Below are positions 29,001 through 35,519 of a stretch of 64,000 nucleotides of DNA, piece by piece. The stretch is taken from assembly GCA_963718615.1 (NCBI GenBank), contig OY970368.1, forward strand, positions 576,001-640,000, read 5' to 3'. This DNA comes from an uncultured cyanobacterium. GTDB taxonomy: Bacteria > Cyanobacteriota > Cyanobacteriia > PCC-9006 > JAAUQQ01. The translations under genes and the position numbers were made by a program. The notes under the pieces are model-generated. The model saw nothing but the letters and a program-made list of their open reading frames with translations. It was not told where the DNA came from and made no database searches. The first letter of the stretch is position 1; every line of letters begins with the position of its first letter.

Positions 29001-29426
29001 TTGGGAGATATCGGTTGCCTCCAGAACATTGGGCGGCAAGCCAAACTCCATGGGGTTGAAATCAATCTCTGGGATAAAACCACCCCGTTTGCAATAGGTT
29101 TTATCAACGGCCCGAGGGTTGGGATCGTAGTAGTCCGAGCTATTCCAGCGGGACGCCGGTACCTCGGTAATACAATCCACCTCATTGAGAATATTTTCCC
29201 AATAGACTTGAGTATTTTCCGACTGTGGGAAAAGAGAAGCCATGCCAATAATTGCAATGGGCGTCTGACTCAAGCTAGGTTTACCCGCACTTAGACCAAC
29301 CATAGATTTCGTTGACTGATTCAACATTGTCTTCTTTTCCCTAATCATTTCTGAAACAGTCTGCTCAAAAGCATCTAAATCTTCTCGAAACTCATCTAAA
29401 GAGTTACGTATTTTGGAAGCAAACAT
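23013..29426 (-). CDS. hglE: HglE/PfaA-like iterative type I PKS: KS-AT-(ACP)x4-KR structural subdomain (HglF-like)
   Basis: KS DAACASS/EAHGTGT/GHTK; AT GHSFG and SAAFHT; four LGIDSIKRVEIL ACPs; C-terminal ARLDGAFG...KTLNYEW. Confidence 0.93.
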   Translation of the reverse strand: MFASKIRNSLDEFREDLDAFEQTVSEMIREKKTMLNQSTKSMVGLSAGKPSLSQTPIAIIGMASLFPQSENTQVYWENILNEVDCITEVPASRWNSSDYYDPNPRAVDKTYCKRGGFIPEIDFNPMEFGLPPNVLEATDISQLLALAVARQAMEDSGYGPAQLDVDYEKTGVVLGAVGRQLSGPLWGRLQYPIWERVLKSSGLSDEDTQKLIEKLKLAYPSWQENSFPGMLSNVISGRIANRFDFGGLNCTLDAACASSLAALKMAISELVEHRADMMLTGGVDPDNSAFTYLCFSKTPALSRKQESRPFDAESDGIMLGEGVGMVVLKRLEDAERDGDRIYAVIRGLGTSSDGRFKSIYAPRPEGQVKALRRAYADANIDPATVGLVEAHGTGTMAGDPAEFEGMKVVFAETQAEKQSIALGSVKAQIGHTKTAAGAASLIKAALALHHKVIPPTININQPSPKLGIEDSPFYLNTKLRPWMRREAQIPRRSGVSSFGFGGTNFHIVLEEYQSEHSAPYRIHSVPQSLLFAAADTAALTQRCQAVLSALQAEAGGDRAYADLAESCKTQVIPMTEARLGFVASSRADACAKLKVAINLLNQQKREAWEHPQGIYYRQSGLALQGKVVALFAGQGAQYLDMGQSLAVNFPEARQAYEPFDQLLRADGLDAISEVVYPRSVFDDASAEAQKRKLQRTEYAQPAIGAFSTGLYRIFQKAGFAPNFTAGHSFGELTALWAAGVLTDQDYAFLVKARGQAMAAPAGRDFDAGTMLAVKGDAAVIESIVNALEGVAIANFNSGQQVVLAGSTAAIAAAKTTLEARGFEPIPLRVSAAFHTPLVAHAQVPFSQAVDQVALGTPTTPIYTNVTGQVYPAEVGAMKTLLQRHMVSQVQFKQQIENIYAAGGVCFVEFGPKNTLTNLVKEILGDRPHLAIATNASRHKDSDLQLREAAMQLRVAGLSLADIDPYQLPIAVPAEPDERAKKLMVKISGASYVSEKTQNAFEAALQDGHQVKIAVSSSVPTIVSAVGSAVESGAIASPGVSPVAQKHGFLAEPPVTLEPGASHGASSPGVSSHGSLNGNGKTNGNGNGNGKTNGNGNGKANGNGSGNGKMVNGKTNGHAAQNLSIGQINGQPSVGQTQKATLPPPAQTDVAPITVMQNSAQSPHPALTSLENLLVQFTQHQNQILKVHEQYLDGHREYTQTFGQIAQQQQRLLTEAAGQQADLVASTDRNLAAFHGYQQETLRVHEQYLLQQMEFSKQLCGLGQQVCGGTVQSATTVQPVQPVQPAAPVAPVTPPPVAVAADPVVKAAPVPEVPVAKVIQPVVQPVVQPEPIPVPAPAPASRSNALALAPKLLEVVSDKTGYPVEMLELDMDMEADLGIDSIKRVEILGALQDAFPELPQPNLEELAEIELRTLGQVADYMQSKLKGEALAAAPIAAPMMTAPIAVTPVAATPMAVTSPVATSPVATTAAIAPTVASGVMQEKLLEVVSDKTGYPAEMLELDMDMEADLGIDSIKRVEILGALQEAFPELPQPNLEELAEIELRTLGQVADYMQAQLAKGKGNGSAPVTPAVVLPTAPGTASGTAPAPMATPAMSLGVPSQSIATPVSAPVPRPIAPVAAPALATAQASTTVALLDPPVVAPAGIPAVIPAVAPVPATAPASVSSVEMQTQLLEVVSDKTGYPAEMLELDMDMEADLGIDSIKRVEILGALQEAFPALPQPNLEELAEIELRTLGQVADYMQSQLAKGQVASGLVNSGLVNAGEAIAPLAVPSEPVVAIAPGEMQTQLLAVVSDKTGYPAEMLELDMDMEADLGIDSIKRVEILGALQEAFPELPQPNLEELAEIELRTLGQVADYMQARLQTGAEKKKQSSPTLNEGIQGGVTTWDIAALEAAVALDPLPLPRHPAQLQYLPPADWLDFELPSGHICLLTDDGSATTTQLAQQLTQRNWKVVVLSFPAGLVPQQAPLPQGVKRVVLEQLGDVALGQQLEAIATQEGSIAAFLHLHPTGFVQAGQGLSFSEAESSLVKQVFFLAKHLKAPLNQAATLGRSVFLSVARLDGAFGLSQQDPYSPIAAGLMGLTKTLNYEWRSVFCRAVDLNPALTPEQSVACILAELHDSDGLLPEAAYGQQGRVTLVAA
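23857..25380 (-). repeat. four near-identical ~210-bp ACP-coding repeats
   Basis: At about 23857-24078, 24206-24429, 24768-24990 and 25165-25380. Confidence 0.92.
26104..26201 (-). repeat. low-complexity (NG)n linker repeat in hglE
   Basis: ttgcca/ttgccg hexamers encoding NGNGKTNGNGNGNGKTNGNGNGKANG. Confidence 0.9.
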
Positions 29427-29879
29427 AGCCTAGACATGTGCCCATACATAAACAGGTCAAAAACTGAGGACGATATTGCTCAAACCCAAAACTCAGGCTG
29501 AGTGACGACATGAGCAAATAAGCGATAATAATGCCCTAGCCTGCACCTATCCTGAATTGAAACCCACTCAGCCACACTCTTTCCAAAATTTCTCGTACGG
29601 GGTTGCTGAAATTATTCAGCTTATTAACCCAAAGGAAAACAGGAAAAGCATAACGCGACAAACCCAACAACGAAGCGACACACAGCGATCGCAATTGTCC
29701 TTAGAGCCCTTATCCTTAAGAGACCTTAGAAGATGACAACAATGCCAGACTTGCCTAGAGTCATAACTGCAGCCATTTACACCACTCGTCCTATCAACAG
29801 GCAATAACGATATAAATTATTCTTTAAGCATGATTGGGACTACCCTCTTACAATCTGCAATAGCTCTCCAGAAAGCTAT

Positions 29880-29893
29880 GTAGCTAAAGCTAC
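29880..29893. promoter_or_regulatory. putative NtcA-type binding site
   Basis: GTAGCTAAAGCTAC fits GTA-N8-TAC with 6-bp palindromic arms, ~450 bp upstream of hglE. Confidence 0.45.
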
Positions 29894-31067
29894 GAAAGAC
29901 CAATAACGAAGGGCTTTTAAAGATAGAAAGAGCCAATGACATTCCTCCTAGTTCAGACTTCTACTCGACTCCGCACCTCTGTTGTGTGATACGAACTTGC
30001 TTGGGCCTTCTTTTCTTTTTCTCAGATGAGTGAATCTGAGTGAATCGAAAAGGAGAGTAGCAAAATCAACATGTACAACGTATCCGCCCAAGGCAGTAAA
30101 GATCAAGGCACTTCAAGCAACTTTCACAGGAAAGCATCGTTTCTCCACGGAGACTTTTCTGTATATCTCCCCCAAGACCTACGTAAACCTACAATAGCGA
30201 CAACATCGCTGCGGATGAGTATGTCACCGAGAGATAGTCCTTAAAATGCAGACCCACTCAGGGATTAGGGGTAGACCTAGAATTACTCAATCGACAACTT
30301 TCAGCCAGATCAGCCGATGATGAAACCACTGACAGACAAAGAATTAGGTGGTCTTCAGACGAAAAACAGAAGCCAAGGATATGAACTTTCTGTAAAGCCT
30401 ACTGCAATCCGAGCAAAGGCTGCATCGGATGCTCGATTATCAGGATGTCATTACATTTCCGGATAAACCCAGGCAATGTTAAACGACAAATATCACCGAA
30501 ATCGGCTCGTTACTTTTGCTCAACGGGAATAGCGAGTCCAACAGGCACAAGCTTTAGAATAGCTTTTAAAGCTTTGATGAGGTTTGAAGCTTTCGTGACG
30601 AAGATACCATGGGTCTATTCGGTCATTTATGCCTTAGGAATAACAGTTCAGAAATTCAAATCAATCGAATGAATTTGATTAAAAAAATCTATGAACCTTA
30701 GAATCACTCTCTAGCAGGATGACAAGATTGGGTTGAGTGTTCTCTCTTCCTTTATTCAAAGAAAATTGAGACGCTTGTAATCTGAGGACGACATCGCTAG
30801 ACTATCAAAGCTAGCGGAATTCTTCGTCAGGGTTTTCGTTGGGAATCATAAGGAAACCTCGGGGAGCAGTATATGACCGCTGTTCATCTCTATTGTGTAG
30901 ATGAATTCCTTAGTTTCTAGTACTTGGCTATCGTTGATTATGCGCAATCTTAATTGTCTTGTACTTAGCATCTAGCATTTACTCGCATTTAATTTTCACC
31001 AGCAGCTCCTCACTGGCAGTTACTTCTCTACGATCGCGATCCTATTAGTCAGGAGACCTTACTTGGT

Positions 31068-31871
31068 ATGTATATCGAAATTACAGACAGTAACCTTGAA
31101 GCCGATCTGGGCGAAATTGATTTGGGAATTAGCGCTGATCTGTTGGAACTGGATGTCCCTCAAGCAGATTTGGGGCTGACAATTGCAACGGAGAATGGCG
31201 TTGATCTGACAGCGGACGTTGGCAATGTTGGTATTGTGGCAACGCTGTTGGAAGATCAGTCCGATATTTCGGTGGAATTTTCGCCGGATGGGCCACCTGT
31301 AATCGTTTTTGTGGATGACCAAGGTGGAGTCGCTAGTTATGAAGGCGACAATGTTGACTTCCAGTTGACGGTAGATGATCAAGCACTGGCGCTGGACCTG
31401 ACGGGTGCATCGAGTCAAGCCCGTGCGAATGCAACAGCAGATGAAACTTGGGTTACCTTTGATGGGCCCAATGCACAAGCTGATGTGTTTGTCGATGCAG
31501 AGCAAGCTCAAGTGGGCGTTTCTGCGGGAGGTCTGACACTCGGTCTCGTAACGGATTCGAGCGTCGCAACGCTGGATGTCGACTATCTGACGGGTGGTGT
31601 TTCTGTCGGGGTGGATAGTTCTGGGGTTGATGCACTGATCAACTATGACGGTGGAGATGTTTCAGTTTCTACGGGTGATGGTGTGGTTGATGCGATCGCC
31701 AACTTCGGTAGCGGGGTTGTTGATCTGGAAATCGTTCCAGATTCGCTTGATTTGAATGTGAGCTTGGGTGCAGGCAATGTTGAGCTAGATATCAAACCGA
31801 AGAGTGATTCTCCGTTTGAAATTGGCATTGATTTCGGAGGCTTTCAATTTGGTTTAAGATTTAGCCGTTAG
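31068..31871 (+). CDS. hypothetical highly acidic D/V/G-rich beta-strand protein
   Basis: 267 aa ORF with AGGAG RBS; only 5 K/R, no C or H; followed by a terminator. Confidence 0.75.
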   Translation: MYIEITDSNLEADLGEIDLGISADLLELDVPQADLGLTIATENGVDLTADVGNVGIVATLLEDQSDISVEFSPDGPPVIVFVDDQGGVASYEGDNVDFQLTVDDQALALDLTGASSQARANATADETWVTFDGPNAQADVFVDAEQAQVGVSAGGLTLGLVTDSSVATLDVDYLTGGVSVGVDSSGVDALINYDGGDVSVSTGDGVVDAIANFGSGVVDLEIVPDSLDLNVSLGAGNVELDIKPKSDSPFEIGIDFGGFQFGLRFSR

Positions 31872-31899
31872 ATTGACTGTTTTCGATCAACTTTTGATC

Positions 31900-31945
31900 A
31901 AAACCAGCGCCAGGGAGAGACATCTACCTGGCGCTTGATTTTTTT
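31900..31945. terminator. bidirectional intrinsic terminator
   Basis: AGCGCCAGG...CCTGGCGCT stem, T-run on the right and A-run on the left, between convergent genes. Confidence 0.75.
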
Positions 31946-31956
31946 GTACATGAATT

Positions 31957-32772
31957 TTAGGCTTTACGACGGATTAGACGAGTGGCGATCGCTCCCACTG
32001 CCAGCAGTGCAGAGGTCGTTGTAGGTTCAGGAACAGAGGTAGAAGGGTCAGAGCCATCATCCACCAAATTTGCAAAAGTTACTTCGGCTTTAGAACTTAC
32101 AGGGCCAGTTTGATCAAAGATTGCCTCGCCCGTTTCACCGCTTTCCAATTCAACCAAAAACTTGACGCCAGCGAGGCCAAAATCTGCACCCGTATCGTTA
32201 AATCCACTTGCGTCATGTCCCAGGAGAGAGGCGAGCAACACATCCAGGGAAGGAGTCAGAGGAACTTCATCATCACCCACGGAATTCGTATCAACACCAA
32301 AGGTAAAGGAATCACCCCACCCAAATGAACCGGTTGCAAAACTAACTGTTAATGCTGTGGTTGTGCCATCGTGATTAACCGGACTAAAGGTGATGTCACT
32401 TGGGCTAAATCCATTTGTTTGACCGCTTTCAGGACTAGCATCGTAACCAACAAAGTCAAGGTTATCAAACCAAGCATCAGAAGTTCCTAACTTCGTTTCT
32501 GTTAAGTCGATCGTAATGGATTTGATGAATTGATCTACAGGTCCTTCGTCAAAAGAAATTCGAAAGAAATCGTCGTTGCCTAGGGCAGCTTGGTTTTGAG
32601 CGTTTAGGTTGGGAATGTCGGCTGAAATTGCATTCAGTCCAGAATCATAACCAAAAGTTGTAGCAGAAACTTTCAGGCTTGCAGCTTGGCTGGCTGTCCC
32701 CATGGCGAGGGTTAAAAGTGCAGCACCGGCAGCGGAAAGGGACACCTTCTTAGCAAAGGAAGAAATCATCAT
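31957..32772 (-). CDS. PEP-CTERM sorting-domain surface protein
   Basis: Signal peptide MISSFAKKVSLSAAGAALLTLAMGTASQAA; C-terminal VPEP-TM-RRKA; GAGG RBS before ATG 32772. Confidence 0.9.
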   Translation of the reverse strand: MMISSFAKKVSLSAAGAALLTLAMGTASQAASLKVSATTFGYDSGLNAISADIPNLNAQNQAALGNDDFFRISFDEGPVDQFIKSITIDLTETKLGTSDAWFDNLDFVGYDASPESGQTNGFSPSDITFSPVNHDGTTTALTVSFATGSFGWGDSFTFGVDTNSVGDDEVPLTPSLDVLLASLLGHDASGFNDTGADFGLAGVKFLVELESGETGEAIFDQTGPVSSKAEVTFANLVDDGSDPSTSVPEPTTTSALLAVGAIATRLIRRKA

Positions 32773-33377
32773 GACCTCACTTCTCCTACGGTTGTTTGAG
32801 TCGGTTAATGGGGATGAAATGGGGGCCAACAAAGACAAAGCCAAAAAGAGGGGGAGGACTAGCGATCGCGGCACAGGCTGGGGACTGCGTTGAAGATGCT
32901 AGGGAGATTTAGCCTTGCCGCTAAATCTAAACTCTAAAATCTAAAGCCAAAACACGTATCGAATCAAACCAAGCAGTCAGTACTTTTACTTTCAAGAGCT
33001 AGGAGTTACCGTGGAACTTGCGACGACTCCGTGTTTCTTGTGTTTATGATGTCATTGATCGAACCTGATCGTCCAGGATTGCACGTAGAGATTCGTCAGA
33101 GCTTCATACTCGGCTGCGTTTCTACAACGCCTGATAAAGTAGGCTGCGCCTTGATGGTTTCTTTATGAAATTAATGCTTTATTCCTGGGGGTTTTGATGA
33201 AGGATTGAAGAGGTTGAAAAGCTTTTTGGAGAGCATTTTATTTTCTTTTTTGAAGAGAATGCGATCGCTCCTTCCAGACCTCAACCCAAAGACCAAAACA
33301 CCTAGGATTTATCGTTTTTAACTCACCACAAAATACTAAAGATACACTGATCGCCTCCGTATATCCCCAGCCCGCAC

Positions 33378-34730
33378 CTAAGTCGATGGACCATTCGCTA
33401 AGTTGCGGAAGCGAGTGAACTGGGGCTCAAACAGGAGTTTGACCGTGCCCACGGGACCGTTACGGTGTTTGGCAATGATCACCTCTGCAATGCCGCGATC
33501 GGGGGTATCAGGGTTATAGTATTCGTCTCGGTAGAGCATGATAATGAGGTCCGCGTCTTGTTCGATCGAGCCCGATTCTCTCAAATCTGACATCATCGGA
33601 CGCTTGTTGGTCCGAGCCTCGACGCCCCGGCTGAGCTGGGAGAGCGTCATCACGGGCACTTGCAGCTCGCGGGCCATGCCTTTGAGCGATCGCGTAATCT
33701 TAGACAGCTCCTGCACTCGGTTCTCAGAGTTACCCTCCATGAGCTGGAGATAGTCAATCAAAATGAGGCCCAGCTTGCCCCCATGTTCGGCCTGAAGTCG
33801 CCGCGCCTTAGACCGCATCTCGGTCACCGAAACATTGGGAGTATCGTCGATGTAGACCGGGAACTGGGAGAGTTGGCTAATGGCATGGCCGAGAACTTCC
33901 CATTCCTCCTGGCGCACGCGCCCCGCCCGCAGCCGACCGCTTTCGATGCTGACTTCGCTGGAGAGCATGCGGTAAACGAGTTGCTCTTTGGACATTTCCA
34001 GGCTAAAGACGCAGACGGGCAACCGGTGGAGCGCGGCAATATTACGGGCTAGGTTCAAAACGAAGCTCGTCTTTCCCATCGCCGGACGCCCCGCCACGAT
34101 GATCAGATCCGATCGCTGAAACCCCTGGGTCATAGCATCCAGATCGTAGAAGTTGCAGGGAATCCCCGCCACTGCTGTGCCCATGGAGCGGCTTTCAATT
34201 TCGTTAAATGTCGTCGTCAGGACTTCTGCCGTTGAAGCAAGGCTTGACTGGGGTCGTTCCTGGGTGAGACCAAAAATGCGCTGCTCGGATTTATCGAGGA
34301 GCGCCTCTAGGGGCATGGTGTTGTCGTAGCCCAGCCGAACGATTTCGTTGCCGGCCTGAATCAGCTCCCGACGCAGATATTTGTCCGTGACCAACTGGGC
34401 GTACTGGTCAATGTTGGCCGAACTGACGATCCGCTCCACCAGTTGCGCAATTCGCCCCTGTCCGCCAATTTTTTCTAATTTATTATTATCCTGAAGCCAA
34501 GCCGTAATCGTCGTCAGGTCCGTGGGTTTTCCCTGACCATGCAGGAGCAGCGCCGTGCGATAAATTTCCTGGTGGGCGTTGATATAAAACGCTTCAGGCC
34601 GCAAAATATCCGCCACCCGAGAGATCGCCTCCGGGTCGAGCAAAATCCCCCCGAGAATCGCTTCTTCGGCATCGACATTTTGGGGCGGGACGCGATCGCT
34701 CAAGGGTTCAAAATTCCCCTCCTCCGCCAT
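33378..34730 (-). CDS. dnaB: replicative DNA helicase
   Basis: PPQNVDAEEAILG, AGRPAMGKT, IDYLQLM, LRESGSIEQDAD; no intein; start 34730 or 34793. Confidence 0.97.
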   Translation of the reverse strand: MAEEGNFEPLSDRVPPQNVDAEEAILGGILLDPEAISRVADILRPEAFYINAHQEIYRTALLLHGQGKPTDLTTITAWLQDNNKLEKIGGQGRIAQLVERIVSSANIDQYAQLVTDKYLRRELIQAGNEIVRLGYDNTMPLEALLDKSEQRIFGLTQERPQSSLASTAEVLTTTFNEIESRSMGTAVAGIPCNFYDLDAMTQGFQRSDLIIVAGRPAMGKTSFVLNLARNIAALHRLPVCVFSLEMSKEQLVYRMLSSEVSIESGRLRAGRVRQEEWEVLGHAISQLSQFPVYIDDTPNVSVTEMRSKARRLQAEHGGKLGLILIDYLQLMEGNSENRVQELSKITRSLKGMARELQVPVMTLSQLSRGVEARTNKRPMMSDLRESGSIEQDADLIIMLYRDEYYNPDTPDRGIAEVIIAKHRNGPVGTVKLLFEPQFTRFRNLANGPST

Positions 34731-34898
34731 GCCCCCCTTCCCCTGTCTCCAGGAGTTACGCTTCGCCTTACTCGTATCCCCTGCGTTCTCCATGCTGCCG
34801 CGATCGCCTCAATTCGTTAGCGCTCAAAGGCGCTCCATGAGCGCCATGACTATTATCGTACATTTGAACTAAGTCACCGCGCTGGACCCTTCAAATCA

Positions 34899-34924
34899 TG
34901 ACCCCTGCCCGAAGACAGGGGTCA
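34899..34924 (-). terminator. hairpin downstream of rplI
   Basis: TGACCCCTG-N8-CAGGGGTCA. Confidence 0.5.
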
Positions 34925-34962
34925 CAGTCCTTAAGGATTATTGATGTCCGTCACGCCAAACC

Positions 34963-35421
34963 CTAGAGCGCCGCGACACGAATATTCACATCCGCAATCA
35001 CTTCAGGGTGCAGCCGCACTTGGACGGTATAGTCACCCAATTGGCTAATTTCGGGGACTTCGATATCCCGACGATCGACTTCGATACTGGCCAGATCCTT
35101 AATCACGTCGGCGACATCAGCGTTGGTGACCGTTCCAAAGATCGCCTGTTCTTCACCGGCTTGCTTTTTGATCGTGAACCGACCAATCGTTGAGAGGGCG
35201 GTCTTTTGCTTTTCTGCATCGGCTTTCATCGCGGCCAGACGCTCTAGCTCTTTGGCGCGGCGAAATTCGACTTGTTTTAGAATTCCCGGCGTGGCGATGT
35301 TGGCCATGCCTCCCGGCAGTAAGTAATTACGAGCGTAGCCCGGTGCTACCTCAACCAAGTCGCCGTTGCGACCCAGCTTCCGAATATCCTGTGTCAAAAC
35401 GACCTGGACGCGCTTTCCCAT
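34963..35421 (-). CDS. rplI: 50S ribosomal protein L9
   Basis: LGRNGDLVEVAPGYARNYLLP, IFGTVT, LHPEV. Confidence 0.97.
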   Translation of the reverse strand: MGKRVQVVLTQDIRKLGRNGDLVEVAPGYARNYLLPGGMANIATPGILKQVEFRRAKELERLAAMKADAEKQKTALSTIGRFTIKKQAGEEQAIFGTVTNADVADVIKDLASIEVDRRDIEVPEISQLGDYTVQVRLHPEVIADVNIRVAAL

Positions 35422-35519
35422 TGCTCTGAATGTTCCTCAGCTGTATCTCCAAACGCTATATCTTAGCGAAGAATGGGGGGGTCTTGCAAACTATTTCTTA
35501 GACGACCCCTAGGCGACCC

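Noticed and set aside
13764-29426. PUFA (EPA/DHA) synthase pfaABCD
   Set aside because: No FabA-type DH domains; the ACP/thioester reductase and hetN-like genes in hgl order point to reductive release of a long-chain alcohol
30457-30463. DIF1 (TCCGGA) heterocyst promoter motif
   Set aside because: A single 6-bp palindrome about 1 kb from hglE is expected by chance
29616-30672. Small ORFs (62 and 75 aa) in the long intergenic region
   Set aside because: No recognisable motif or RBS support
33378-34730. DnaB intein
   Set aside because: The usual insertion site RESG/SIEQ is uninterrupted and the protein has normal length
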